Assembly (NCBI GenBank): GCA_951406725.2
Contig: OX597830.1
Location: forward strand, 47,864,001-47,928,000
Source of the DNA: Octopus vulgaris
Taxonomy: Eukaryota
Direction: 5' to 3'
DNA length: 64,000 nucleotides
Part shown: positions 25,323-39,267 of the stretch, piece by piece
Numbering within the stretch: position 1 is the stretch's first letter
Layout of the letters: every line of letters begins with the position of its first letter
Notes under the pieces: model-generated
Database searches by the model: none
Seen by the model: only the letters and a program-made list of their open reading frames with translations
What the model was told of the DNA's origin: nothing
Program-made: the position numbers and the translations under genes

Positions 25323-25590
25323 AAGTACCAGTAATACTTTGAGGTCAATTCAATTGATTACACCCTTCTCTAATGAATGTTATACAGAAGTAAGAATTAA
25401 TAATTTGCAAATAGCTTAGCAGTAAAACTGACAATCATTAACCAATATGAAAACTGCTTTTTTTTTTCTTTACTTTTCTCTCGCATGAATTGTTTTCTTG
25501 TGGGTCAAGTTTGGCCAAGTTGCTCAAACTGTTTTTATGCTTATTCATGACCAAGATATTTGTTGACCCATTTCTCAGAACTGTAAATAA
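25323..25590. repeat. Right arm of the inverted duplication (partner 19698-19973)
   Basis: Reverse complement of 19698-19973. Confidence 0.92.
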
Positions 25591-25832
25591 CTGATATGCA
25601 TCGAGGTCAGCTGATTGAATTCACAAAAAAAACATTTGAGTCCAGCTCTTTTAGTCAGTCCCGCGTATTTTTTTTCTTTCGGAATCCAGACTCTAACAAG
25701 ATTTTCATTCTTGGTTGTAAATAGTTTGTGTCACAGTTCTGTCATAATTACTCTTTCGAAAGGGATGGGTGCCACAGCAACCTCAATCACATGCACTTCA
25801 TACAATCACACACACACACACACACACACACA

Positions 25833-26017
25833 TATTATCCAATAAAAGGTGAGAAAATGGGGAGTTGGTAAAGATATAAATCGTTCCAAGGTAAAAACTG
25901 AATACAAATAAATTCAATTTCGAATCTGTTCATATTCAATTTTTACCCTGGAACTATGTTAATATATCAATTCACATCTTTACCAACTCTCCATTTTCTC
26001 AACTTTTATTTGATAAT
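25833..26017. mobile_element. Foldback MITE-like element
   Basis: TATTATC.AATAAAAG.TGAGAAAATGG.GAGTTGGTAAAGAT pairs with ATCTTTACCAACTCTCCATTTTCTCAACTTTTATTTGATAATA; a second inner helix is also present. Confidence 0.7.
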
Positions 26018-26136
26018 ACTTACAATAATTCCATAGATATCGTTTAGACTTCCCTCGAACGAGTTATGGATTAAACTAGTGAAATTTTTGGATAAGATAT
26101 CCTCGAATTAACTGCATATATATATATATATATATA

Positions 26137-26199
26137 CTTTATTTTAAGCAGCAGAAAATTCAACACATTTTGTTGAATTTTCTGCTGCTTAAAATAAAG
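26137..26199. repeat. Perfect 29-bp-arm hairpin
   Basis: CTTTATTTTAAGCAGCAGAAAATTCAACA-cattt-TGTTGAATTTTCTGCTGCTTAAAATAAAG; arm matches 49784-49812. Confidence 0.9.
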
Positions 26200-26266
26200 C
26201 ATATTACTCTACCACTGGTATTTGAGTACTCTTTTTTCCACCTCGTTTCACATTTATGTTTACTCC

Positions 26267-26325
<59 letters not shown>

Positions 26326-26616
26326 GTATGTGTTTACGAAATCGGAATTTATTTATTTATTTTCAAGGCGAATCCAGAACTGAATTTCTAGGTGAAAATC
26401 TTCTTCCTACTCTTTTGTTGCTAAAACACTCAAGAAAGGCATAAACGTTATTCAATCAAATTATCGTCGGTTTCGATTCCCAGCCAAAGACACTTAGTAT
26501 GAGTAAACGTCTCTTGGTGAATGCCTTTGAGAAAGAAAAAAAACACGTTTTAAAAAGCCAGTCACTCAATGAATCTATTGTGCTTGCCTAAGAAATCAAT
26601 ATTTCCTGGAAGTAAG

Positions 26617-26676
<60 letters not shown>

Positions 26677-27676
26677 CATACATGCACAGCCTTCTTTCTC
26701 TATTCTCAACACATCTCCCCCACCACTTCGAACTGTCACATAATGAAATGCATACTTTTCACTTTAAGAATTCTAACTCGTTCATGAAAAATCCTCTCAG
26801 AATATTGAAAGAGAGATTTAATTTGATGTTCTTCCAATATTTATAATATTGTTTGAAAGATAACACTATGAAAACGTATATGCTTCAAAGAAAGCAAGCG
26901 TTGGAATTAAAAACACGTGCTCCAAGACAACGATTTTTAATATAATATGACATAATGAAAGTCTCCAGAATTCCAAACACATTGCTCCAACCTTCTCTTT
27001 CACACATACACATACTTACACGCGATATATTTATATATATATATGTATATATATGTGTGTGTGTGTGTGTGGAGAGAGAGAGAGAGAAAGAGAGCGTGTG
27101 TATGTATATGTTTACACACACGCGTGTGTGTGTGTGTGATCGCGACTCTAGTGGCATGTGTATGTCTGCGAGCGCGCATGTGATTATTTTGCCGACAGAT
27201 GCGCTCAAAGAGAGTGAAGAAGGAAGATGAAATCAGTAAAATTAACGATAAAAGAAATTGACAGAAATAATGTAAGCGTTCGCTTTTGAAGCAAAATGGG
27301 AACTAGGTGTTAAATCTTTAAACATAAAGAAACTATGATATAAATATATAGAGAAACACACAGACACACACACACATACTCTAAATGTTTTAACTACTCC
27401 AGAAATGACCGTGTGGGAATCGGTGCGATTTTCTTCGTAATTTTAATCCAAGAGATTTAGATCTGAATACTTCGGTTCTAATCAAGTTTATGAGAATCCC
27501 GAAGTTAACAATGTCTTCGTTTTGTTTCAATAATTTTTTTTTTTTTTCGATTAAAGAGGTAAAAACGATGGTCGTTTTTTTTTATACTTTTTAATTCGCA
27601 TAATTTTGAAAAGAGCCAATATTTTTACACCGAAGTCTCCAAGAATTCTAATTCTTAGCATACACATACATACATA

Positions 27677-27690
<14 letters not shown>

Positions 27691-27761
<71 letters not shown>

Positions 27762-27788
27762 CATATATATATACATATATATATATAC

Positions 27789-27843
<55 letters not shown>

Positions 27844-27932
27844 CATATATATATATACATATATATATATATACATATATATACATATATATATATACAT
27901 ATATATACATATATATATATACATATATATAC

Positions 27933-27975
<43 letters not shown>

Positions 27976-28025
27976 TACATATTTACATATACACATATAC
28001 ATACATACATACATACACACACACA
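27691..28025. repeat. (TA)n/(TACA) microsatellite
   Basis: Directly visible. Confidence 0.95.
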
Positions 28026-29255
28026 TAAATACACTCGCATAGTGTGTGTGTGTGAGTGTATATATATATATATATATATGTATAGATATATGTATGAATG
28101 TATGTATGTATATATAAAATGTATATGCTATTTAAAGTATCGAGAAGTAAATTTAAAGAAAAAAATAAGGGATTCAAATTCCTCTCTTCTGCCTCCTTCT
28201 CCCCCTCCTCCTGCTGCTAAACCAGTCAAGCTATCGTTTGCAGGGCAGAGTTAACTCCCTTCCCCTGGAGAGACAAACTTAATGACTCGCGCACTTCCCG
28301 GTGTTTCTTAGGTGTCGTTTAATAAATTAATAAAGGTCGTCTCCACGTAGCCTTTCTGGGTCCTCATACACAGATTGTCAAGTGGGTGTGATCAGCATAG
28401 ATAATGTTTGATTTAAATTACTACAGGGATTAAGAGTAAATACCGACGAGGAGGTTGTTCCAGCAGTACAAAGAAGAGGAAGATTTGACAATGCGTTTTT
28501 TAATGGGGTTTAAGGAATGAATTAAATTATGGAAATGGATCGAGTCAACGAGTCCGAATTAGCAAATTCAGGAAGACAACCGCAGCAATACAACAGAAGA
28601 GTCTAAGAGACAACATATATATATAATATACCCCAAAGATTGTGGTGGGTGGAAGCTTACTTAGGTATTATTTTCTGGTAATTCTTGATTGAATGTGTAG
28701 GCCTCAGATTTTTCTTTTAAATTATTAACTATAAGTAGTAGTAATTAGGACTAAATTTAGCTAAACATGACATCATTTCATATGAGAAGGTTAATAACCT
28801 TTGCCGAGAACTTCTTTGTTATATAAGCGATGGACACCTTTATGCTTCTATTTCAACGTTCACCGGTAATTATCTTTTACCGGTAAAACTGTCACGACAA
28901 ATAATCAACTGGCTCTATCTTCTTTTATATAACTGTGTGTACTGTCAATGGAATTTATCAAATAAGTTTTATGAAAGTTAAAGGGCAAATAGTAATAATG
29001 ATTATGAAAAGAGTAGAATGAAGGTAACGGGTTAATAAATGAAACGAAATTAAATGAAAACAGGGAAAATGAAGAACTGGCGTGACTATAATCACTTCAG
29101 AACAAATACAAAATATGTAGAATATATATTAAATACAATATATTATGATTAATATATAATGAAAAAAAAATTATAATGTTATCATAAATTTGCGTGTGTG
29201 TGTGTGTGTTGCAAAATAAAATACTAGTAACTTTAATATGGTCGAAAGGCCTTAC

Positions 29256-29615
29256 CTCGTCTGCTTTAGGTGAACGATGTTGACACATATGTCCGAAGAC
29301 GAGCGATGGAGTGAGGGCGGAAACTCCGACCAGTACAATCCATGCATAACTTGTGGTAATCACTCCCAGTGGCCTGCCAGAGCCGAGGTCGATCTCCGTC
29401 CATGGTGGTGTGTAAGAGGAGACGTCGTCGGCCAAGAGCACAAACAACAACAATAGTCTGATTATTATTAATAAAGGCGATAATGACGGCGATGAGGATA
29501 ATGATAATGATGAGGAAGATGTTGGTGATCGTTGAGGTAGTTGAGAAGTTGAAGAAGGTGGTGGTGATAAGGAACGATGCCAAAATGTCGTCAGAGCACC
29601 CAAGAGTCTGACCAT
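29256..29615 (-). CDS. LMLN: First coding exon of leishmanolysin-like peptidase (invadolysin, M8 metalloprotease)
   Basis: ATG at 29615, hydrophobic leader, then GHMCQHRSPKADE|gtaagg; matches the recalled invadolysin propeptide motif C.H..P...EV; strong donor site. Later exons not found in window. Confidence 0.7.
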
Positions 29616-30712
29616 CTCGTTGTTGCTACAACAAGCTCTGGTAACATCGCCGGTAGACAGCGGGTTATGAGAGTTTTACCGGGGAACGGATGTGGACAAA
29701 GAGATGTGGGGATAGAGAAACGGTGAGTTATGATACTTCTACACCGGGAACGGATATGGAGTGTGGGGGAGAGAAAGTGTAAGCAGAAAGAGCTAAAGGA
29801 GGAGAGAGAGAGAGAGAGAGAAAGAGGGAGAGAAAGAAAGAGAGGGGCTGACTTCTGAGAGTTCTTCTGGCAGAAACAGTAGAAAAAGAAGGACAGAAGT
29901 AAGGATAGTTTGTCTTTAGCGAAGAAAGGGACTAGAAGAGACAATCAGGGAATCAAACTAAATTAAAGGGTGAGTGTATATATATATATATATATATGCG
30001 TCCGTATAAATATATGTGTGTATGAAACAAAAATCAAATTAAGGTAGTCAAGAGTTGATCGAAGCCTTTTATTTGTACAATACACTGCAGTTAACCTAGA
30101 TATTATTGGCAGAAATGTCTATGGGTGTGTTGTTGCTATTGTTGTTGCTGGTGATGCTTTTTAAATCTTTGCACTATTTTCGGTCGTCTTTTTGCTAATG
30201 TCTTTTTGTGGTATTCCTCTTGATGCGGAACACCTCGGAGCACATTGCACGAATAATTGCAGTGTTGTTGTTCAATGATAGATATGGAGATGGTTTGTTG
30301 ATGTTGTTTAGCCTGGGATCAGCCCCGATCAAGCAGATATGTGATAAACAGTGTTCCATCCGTGACCACCCCGTCTTCTATTCCAATCCAGTATATCTGG
30401 GATCATTATTATGCAATGTGGTCCCTCGGTTTTCTGAGGGAAGTAAGGCGTGATTTTAAAAGCTATTTAGCTGCTATTTATAGCAACGCCTGCAACCACG
30501 TAGAGTGTCCCTTGCTGGTGGCGTTGGCAGCGATTTGTTTTCTTCTCTTAATTAGTGAATTAGTGATAGAAGAAGAAATTGTGTTGTGGGTGTGTCAGGG
30601 GTGGAAATGTAGGAAGGTCGGGGAATGGATTGTCTCTTTAAAACTGCGGCAGTTCCTGTGTATAGAATCTCTTTCTCTTTCCCTGCCTCTCTCTCTCTCT
30701 CTCTCTCTCTCG

Positions 30713-30744
<32 letters not shown>

Positions 30745-31530
30745 CTAGTAGGTAGATATGTGTGTGTAGGGAAGCTGAAACAATGACCGCAGTTAGGAAT
30801 TGTTATTACTACGATGAGTAGTAGTAATAGTAGTAGTAGTAGTAGCACTAGTAGTGATGGTGATGACTGATATAAAGAGATGGGGGTAGAAGAGGGGAGG
30901 AGGAGGAAGAAGAGAAGGTCGTGGTGGTACAGGGTTGTCTGACAACTGTAGCTGTGTGTGTCATTGTTGTTTTTGCTGCTGTTGATGGTGATGGCTGTGA
31001 TGATGGGTAACCACTGGTGAACGCCAATGATGACGATTATGACCACCACCACCACCATCACTACTACTACTACTACAATTACTACTACTACTACTAGCAC
31101 TACTACTACTACTACTACTACAACACTTTAAACGTGCGAAGTCTGGGGGAATAAAAAAAACCACAGCATGGTTTCACGGCCGGACCAAAGAAAGATCCGC
31201 TTTGCGGTCATCTGATGCCCTAGAAGTAGCAACTAAATCTCCCTCAGGTCACACCCGACTATCTTGAAAAAGAATGGCTGCGTCGAATAATGTAGACCTA
31301 GATACACTTTGCATGAAGAAAAAAAAAAACAAAAGAAAAGCAAAAACAAAACAGTGGGGTCATCAACGTCAGAATGCCTTTAATCATAATCCTACTTGAA
31401 TGAGGCAGTCCGAGGGCTAAAGAACAGCAAAACTACTGATTCTACTACAACTGCTGCTGCTGCTGCTGGTGTTGCTGAGAGGACAGTACAGCTATTGTAG
31501 CTGCAACTGCAACGACCAAAAGTAGTAGTG

Positions 31531-31570
<40 letters not shown>

Positions 31571-31774
31571 CAGTAGTTGTTGTAGTTGTTGTAGTAGTAG
31601 TAGTAGTTGGAGGTGCCTCTTAATTTACTAATGTCACTGACATTACTACAGCTCCATTTTTTCAGGGTCATTAAAATAAGGACCAGTTGTGCACTGGGGT
31701 TGATTCAATTGACTTAGCCCTCCCCCACTTCCCTCCTCCAAAAAGTGCTGGCCTTGTATCAAAATCTGAAACCA

Positions 31775-32000
<226 letters not shown>

Positions 32001-32490
32001 TGCTCCTGCTGGTGCTGTTGCTATACGACATTTTTACCAATATTATTGCTGCTATTACTGTTGATAATGAAGCTTTGCCAATTATTTTGCTACTGTTACT
32101 ACTACTACTACTACTACTACTTTTGGAGGAGTCAGTTAGCAGGGTAGGGGTTCCATGCAGTGTGCTAACATTTTTTTAAGGGTTAATCAGGAAAGAAAGG
32201 GTTATGGCCTTAACCTTTCTCAGAGCTTTCAAAATCGAGATGAACTGGAAGGAAGAAGTCTTCACAGTGGGGCCCTTGCGACAGAGTGGACCCCAGTAAG
32301 ACAGTGGTTTGCGAACCGACAAGTACATGACCCCCCAAAAAAATATTTGTGATTTTTTTTCTTTTTTTGCTCCTCTCTCTCACCTCTTAATTTCATAAGA
32401 AAGCGAAAAGTAAAGTTTACATTCAGATCAAGGTTAAAAAGGTTCCTGCCCAACCTTGTAACCTTGGCTTCAGTCCCACTGCACGGCACC

Positions 32491-32720
32491 TTAACCCTCT
32501 AGCATTCATACCAGCCATATCAGGCCAAAATATGTTTCACCTGTTTTATGTTGAAACTGACTGGATCTGGCCCCTCACACCTATCCTACAACGTCATTCT
32601 TAAACTAAACAATCACATAAGCAAAATCCTTAAACTACAAGAGAATGCTTGATTATTTCAAAACAATATAAATGAACAAATATTATATTTGACAGATTAA
32701 TCTGAACCCTAAAGGGTTAA
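32491..32720. mobile_element. TTAA-flanked piggyBac-like MITE
   Basis: TTAACCCTCTAG...CTAAAGGGTTAA termini. Confidence 0.7.
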
Positions 32721-33103
32721 GCAAGGCAGAAGAAAAAATTATTAATTAGAAAATTAATTCATTTTGAGTAATTAAGTAAATTAGTACAGTATTTGGTAAT
32801 TAAAAAAAGAACAATCTTTTTCCTGAGGAAATTAAAGAAATGTAAAAGGAAAATGATATTTTAGTTTTGTTTTTGATTTTTTTGTTTTTGGCCCAATTTT
32901 ATGCAACCCACCTCAAACCATCATCTTGATTGGTTTGATGGTATAATTCTGAATGAATTAACATCCACAGATTAAAGGAAGATCATCAGCAATTTTTTTT
33001 AATCAGTTACACAAAAAATAGTGAATTCATGTGATTATATTTATATTAGGTATCGATAAACCCATAAACCCTGATATGTATGTGTATGTATGTATGTGTG
33101 TAT

Positions 33104-33134
<31 letters not shown>

Positions 33135-33204
33135 TATACGTGTGTGTGTGTGTATGTGTATACGAATGCATGGTGTGTGTGTGTCCATATGTATGTGTCA
33201 TTGT

Positions 33205-34997
33205 CATCATCACCATCATCATCATCATCATCATTTATTGTTCATTGTCCATGCTGGCATGGGTTGGGTGGTTTGACCAGGGCTGGCGAGCTGGAAGGCT
33301 GCACCAGACACCAGTCTCATTTGGCATTATTTCTATGGCTGGATGCCCTTCCTAATGCCAAACACTCTGAGAGTGTAATGGGTGCTTTTACGCCTCACTG
33401 GCACAGGTGCCATTTGCGTGACACCAGTATCTACCAAGACTGTGATTTTGCCCAGCTTGTTGGGTCTTCATCTCAAGCACGACATAATGCCAAATGTCTT
33501 GGTCATTACCTCTGAGAGGCCCAACACTTGAAAGGAACTCAGCCACTTTGTCTCCCTGAGCCCCAACACATGAAAGGAACTCGCCTCCGTGAGGCTCAAT
33601 GCTCTAAAGGAACTCAGCTACTTTGCCTCCATGAGGCCCAACACTTGAAAGGTGCTCTTTATGCCCCACTGCCATGAGTGCCATGACTACGATTTCCTTT
33701 GGCTTGATGGGTCTTCTCAAGCACAGCACACCACCAAAGGTCTTAGTCACTATTTACTGCCTCCGTCAGGCCCACAGTTCAAAGATCATTCTTTACTACC
33801 TTGTCCTATGTCTTCCTGGCTCTACCTCTACCATAGGTTCCCTCCACAGTTAGAGATTGGCACTTCTTTACATGGCTGTCTTCGTCCATATGCATCACAT
33901 GACCATACCAGGACAGTCATCTCTCTTGCACACCACATCTGATGCCTCTTATGCCTAGCTTTTCTCTCAAGATGCTCACACTCTGTCAAACATGCACTCT
34001 GACATTGCACATCCAGCAAAGCAAACTGACTTCATTTCTTTCGAGCCTGTGCATGTCCTCGGCTGTCACAGTCCATGTTTCACTGCCATGTAGCATAGCT
34101 GTTTGCACATAGGCATCATACAATCTGCCTTTCACCCCGAGAGAGAGGCCAGCAGAGGTAGGAGCTCTCTGAACTTTGCCCAGCCTAACCTTATTCTACA
34201 TTTTGGAACATCCACTACTGACTTGGTCACTTAGGTAACAGAAGCTATCTGCTACCTCTAGTTTCCCCTGCTGGCAGTTGATGGAGTCTATTTTCTGCAC
34301 ATTTTCAGCATTTATTGCACCTGTGCATCATCCACATACAAAAACTATTTTCCCTGTTAGCCTTCTTCTGATATTGCTGTACTTTTTATGTGTCCAAAGC
34401 TTACACCAGGTGCATCTTATGGAGTTTCTACCTACATCCTTTCTGCAGATTGAGCAGGATCATTTACCTGAAGGGATTTGTGATTTGTCTGCCTTCCTAC
34501 TTACTAAGACTTTGGTTTTTGCTAGGTTAACTCTAAGGCCCTTTCAGTCTAGACCTTGCTTCCTATACCTGGAACTTCTCTAGTCCTGGTAGTGATTCAG
34601 CTATAAGAGCAAAGTCATTAATGTAGAGGAGTTCCTAGGGGAAGTCTGTCTTGAATTACTCTGTTATTGCCTGGAGGACTATGATGAACTAGAGGAGACT
34701 GAGGACCGATCCTTGGTGAACCCCTACTTGTACCCTGAATTCTACACTGTACTCATTGCCCACCCTCACCTTACTCATAGCATCCCTGTACATGGTTTGT
34801 ACAACTCTCACCAACCACTCGTCTATCCCTAGTTTCTGCATTGACTACCAGATAAGGACCCTGTCAAAAGCTTTCTCCATGTCAACGAAAGCCAAGTACA
34901 GAGGTTTATCTTTGGCTAGGTATTTCTGCTGCAGCTGCCTTATCAGAAATATAACATCAGTGTTGATTCTACCTGACACAAAACCAAACTGCATCTC
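33205..34997 (-). mobile_element. Decayed 5'-truncated RTE LINE
   Basis: [21 protein letters not shown]...AFVDMEKAFDRV, VHQGSVLSPL; collinear with 1404-2878; tail at left end. Confidence 0.9.
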
Positions 34998-35639
34998 ATA
35001 TATATATGTATATATATATATATGTATATATATATATGTATATATATGTGTATATAAGTGTGTATATATGTATATATATATATGTGTGTATGTGTGTGTG
35101 TGTGTGTATATATATACATATACACGCATTTACACACCCAGATATGTATTTATCTATATACATAAATATATATACATATGGAAACTGAAAGAAACCCATC
35201 TTATTTTGTGTGTGTTTTTGTTTGTGTTTGTCCTACCCCCGCTGCTTGATAACCAGTGTTGGTGTGTTTACATCCCTGTAACTTAGCAGTTCAGCAAAAG
35301 GGACTGACAGAATAAGTACCAAGCTTAACAAACAACAAGTCCTGGGGTCAGTTCATTTAACTGAAACTTCTTCAAGGCGTTGCCCCAGCATGGCTGTAGT
35401 CAGATGACTGAAAGAAGCCCAAAATACAAGATGGAAGATGTGTATATGTATGTATATATATATGTGTGTATGTGTGTATATATATATGTATATATGTGTG
35501 TGTGTGTGTATATATATATTTGCATGTGTGTGTGTTTGTGTGTCCTCACATATATGCCATGATAATAATAATGATAATAATAATAATAACAATAATAATA
35601 ATAATGATAATGATTTAGATAAAGATCACACTTTAGGAC

Positions 35640-36060
35640 ATTTCCTTCATTGAATGTCATCTGGAGATGACAATGGTTTTGGTATTTATCCAATATCACT
35701 CCCTTCAGCAAAGCCAGTCTCCATTGATAAAATCTGGAAATGTATTGAAGCTCTGCAAGCCATAAAGACATCGTTCCAAACAATGCAGCTGCCTTATTTC
35801 TTCCGTTGGCTATCAATGACCTTCTTCTTTGTCCTCAGCCTGTGTTTTCCTTTGATAAGATGGTGATTCTGCCAAATCTACAAAGAAGATTTCTCTGCTC
35901 TGTTCTACAGTTCACAATTTGTTGTTCTGCTTCACTTGATGGGACAAACAATCTGGATCTAGAGACAACCTAATGCCTACCCCTCCACCAGGAGGTCTTT
36001 ATAGGTAACATCCAAAAATCTTCCCACTTTGAAATCTTCATTTTGTGGGGTTATGCTTTA
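35640..36060 (-). mobile_element. Highly decayed LINE RT C-terminal fragment
   Basis: Disrupted frames weakly resembling an RTE-type thumb region. Confidence 0.3.
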
Positions 36061-36175
36061 TATTATTCTCCTGTGTTTTGGTCGTGCATACCACTATCAT
36101 GTCTAAGTCAGCCTGCCAGAAATAGGAACCAAAAACACCTTTATGTTAAACACCTTGCTGTAATATTCTGAGAGT

Positions 36176-36545
36176 GGAGGTGTAATAGCCCAGTGGTTAG
36201 GGCAGCAGACTCGCGGTCGTAGGATCACAGTTTCGATTCCCAGACCGGGGGTTGTGAGTGTTTATTGAAAACACCTAAAGCTCCACGAGGCTCCAGCAGG
36301 GGGTGGGGTGAACCCTGCTCTATTCTTTCACCACAACTTTCTCTGTCTTTCTTCCTGTTTCTATTGTATCTGTATTTCAAAGGGCCAGCCTTATCACACA
36401 CTGTGTCTTGCCGAATCTCCCTCGAGAACTACATTAAAGGTACATGTGTCTGTGGAGTGCTCAGCCACTTGCACGTTAATTTCACGAGCAGGCTGTTCCG
36501 TTGATCGGATCAACTGGAACCCTTGTCATCGTAACCGACGAACTG
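36176..36545 (+). mobile_element. tRNA-derived SINE, family 3
   Basis: TAGCCCAGTGGTTAGGGCAGCAGACTCGCGG...GTTTCGATTCCC head; body shared with 5545-5850 and 47600-47835. Confidence 0.85.
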
Positions 36546-36830
36546 CCAACAACCAACAACAACAATATTCTGAGATGTGCTGAAGGTTTTATAGCTAGGG
36601 AGCTATCTCCCTTGCCAGACATTGTTAACAATGCATCGCAGGAACTGTGGAAGGGTATAAATGGTAGTGGTGGGGGGATTGGCCTGGAATATGTGGTGGG
36701 TACATGTCATTCTTAAGTACTCATCATGGTCTTGCTGGTCTACACCATGTATGATGATATTATCCTTGATTTGGACATGCCCTGCTAAATCACAATCAGC
36801 CTCCTTCTCTTAGAAAAGAGGACACATGAA

Positions 36831-37250
36831 AGGCGGTGAGCTGGCAGAATCGTTAGCACGTTGGGCGAAATGCATAGCGGTATTTCGTCTGTCTTTACGT
36901 TCTGAGTTCAAATTCCGCCGATGCTGACTTTGCCTTTCATCCTTTCAGAGTCAATTAAATAAGTACCAGTTACGTAGTGGGGTCGATATAATCGACTTAA
37001 TCTGTTTGTCTGTCCTTGTTTCTCCCTTCTGTGTTTAGCCCCTTGTGGGTAGTAAAGATATAGGTATTTCGTCCGTCTTTACATTCTGAGTTCAAATTCT
37101 GCCAAGGCCGACTTTGCCTTTCATCCTTTCGGGGTCGATTAAATAAGTACCAGTTACGTAATGGGGGTTGATATAATCGACTTAATCTGTTTGTTTGTCC
37201 TTGTTTGTCCCCTCTATGTTTAGCCCCTTGTGGGCAATAAAGAAATTAGA
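36831..37250 (+). mobile_element. SINE family 2 with tandemly duplicated body
   Basis: GGTATTTCGTC unit at ~36879 and ~37063; possible target-site duplication TTAGAAAAGAGGACACAT on both sides. Confidence 0.88.
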
Positions 37251-37685
37251 AAAGAGGACACATTACATTATATAGTCATGACTCTATGAAAGGACATGAT
37301 GTTCATGGCTGCAGCATCTTTTAATTTTAGGCTCGTTCAGTCAGGGCTCCCCTGGATCTAATTAGCAATAACACATTGTTTTATTGAACCACAGAGATGA
37401 ATTGTTTACCACTCAGAGACAAGGGGTCATTTACCAAATGTTTTCCCTTTTACCCATTTTCTAATCATGTGTACTCCTGAAAAATGTTGCACTGCTTCTA
37501 CTTATCCTCCTTTGTAATCTTTTGCTAGCTTCCATGCAAGGAACCCCAGATTTCATATTATTGATGACTTTGGCCTTCAACAACAAGTACAGCCTCTTCA
37601 AAACAATCTCCTATTGTCAAATTGATGCATCTAGAGGACTTTGTTTTCAAGCCAGTTATATTCCTGAGGAGGAGACATTAAAAAA

Positions 37686-37853
37686 TGGTTCCGGGTTCAT
37701 TCCCACTGCATGGCACCTTGGGCAAGTGTCTTCTACTATAGCCTCGGGTCGACCAAAGCCTTGTGAGTGGATTTGGTAGACAGAAACTGAAAGAAGCCCG
37801 TCGTATATGTCCAACCCGTGCTAGCGCGGAAAACGGACATTAAACGATGATGA

Positions 37854-37895
<42 letters not shown>

Positions 37896-38128
37896 GTGTG
37901 TGTGTGTGTGTGTATGCGTATATGTTTGTGTGTTTGTGTTTGTCCTTCCAACATCGCTTGACAACCGATGGTGGTGTGTTTATGTCCCTGTAACTTAGCG
38001 GTTCAGCAAAAGAGACCGATAGAATAAGTACCAGGCTTCCAAAGAATAAGTCCTGGGGTCGATTTGCTCGACTAAAGGTGGTACTCCAGCATGGCCACAG
38101 TCAAATGACTGTAGCAACTAAAAGAGTA
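37686..38128 (+). mobile_element. SINE family 1 with an RTE tail fragment (37810-37855) inserted
   Basis: Family 1 body; GTCCAACCCGTGCTAGCGCGGAAAACGGAC in its microsatellite. Confidence 0.85.
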
Positions 38129-38512
38129 ATTTACACAAAAGAAGAGAAGTTGTTTCTGCAGTCTTTCCAGGCTTTGCCTAGATTTGGCATCGAAGAATGG
38201 TAACTGGGTGAAGTTGATGTGGCTAATGTTAAACTTAAACTTTTAAAGGTCAGCTGTTAAAATGAAATCACTGATGGAAAGAAGTCTTGTTAGGACATGA
38301 TTCTGAGATAGAAAAGCAAAGGGAATGTTGGACTTGTCAACTACTGCTAAATACAAGTCCCATAACTGCCGGAGAGAGACCAGGTTTTGTCTTCATGAAG
38401 TGAATCTCAGTTAAGGAAAGCTGATGAAACTGATGTCACTCTATGATAAATCAACAGTAAACTTAGAACCGCAAACTGATAAAGCATCCTTGACCTGCTA
38501 TAATTAGTAGGC

Positions 38513-38516
<4 letters not shown>

Positions 38517-38547
<31 letters not shown>

Positions 38548-38758
38548 GTTTAACGTCCGTTTTCCGTGCTAGCACGGGTTGGACGGTTCGACCGGGGTCT
38601 GGGAAGCCAGGGGCTGCACCAGGCTCCAGTCTGATCTGGCAGAGTTTCTACAGCCGGATGCCCTTCCTAACGCCAACCACTCCACGAGTGTAGTGGGTGC
38701 TTTTTACGTGCCACCTGCACAGGTGCCAGGGGGGTCTGACATCGGCCACGATCGGTTG
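38517..38758 (-). mobile_element. RTE 3' tail
   Basis: Canonical tail. Confidence 0.85.
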
Positions 38759-38795
38759 GAACTTTGTATAGCAAAAAATAAAGAAGCATTTTTAC

Positions 38796-38963
38796 GAGCA
38801 GTTTAAGTTCTTCTTCTTTTAACTTTTCTTCTTTGCGCTTGTTCTCTTCCAATTCAGCCATTTGTTCCCGAAGAACATTAGCAACTTCTTTGTTCCTGGC
38901 CTTCCTCTCCTTGTCTTCTTTCTCTTCTTTCTCAAGCATTTTCTGATATTCTTTCTTGTTGTT
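38796..38963 (-). CDS. Internal exon (168 bp, phase 0/0) of a trichoplein/CFAP53-like coiled-coil protein
   Basis: tttttaag|AAC AAC...CTG CTC|gtaaaa; NNKKEYQKMLEKEEKEDKERKARNKEVANVLREQMAELEENKRKEEKLKEEELKLL. Family call is from recalled similarity only. Confidence 0.65.
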
Positions 38964-39232
38964 CTTAAAAATGCATGTGCATAGCAGATGAAGTAAAAGT
39001 GAATGTAATATATCATAAATGAAGATAAGATGATGATGGCTTGAACATCCTGAATATAATATGTCATTAAAAAACCGAGAAGATGCTAGTTTGAATGTCA
39101 GTTGAATGATGTCTGTTTGGATCACAACAACATAAATCTGAAACATAAGATCTGAGGAGCAGCAAGTCATCAGGCAAATTACTTGAGTGCCATTTGTCTT
39201 ACTTGGTTTTCTACTAATAAAGCCTGCCATTC

Positions 39233-39267
<35 letters not shown>

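Noticed and set aside
28430-28560. Possible exon GLRVNTDEEVVPAVQ
   Set aside because: Contains stops; more like a decayed mariner C-terminus, too weak to annotate.
29266-29583. Alternative-frame 105-aa ORF
   Set aside because: Non-ATG start and overlaps the better-supported LMLN frame, which ends at a strong donor.
36176-36250. tRNA gene
   Set aside because: SINE head without a proper acceptor stem, followed by SINE body; same for 12631-12777.
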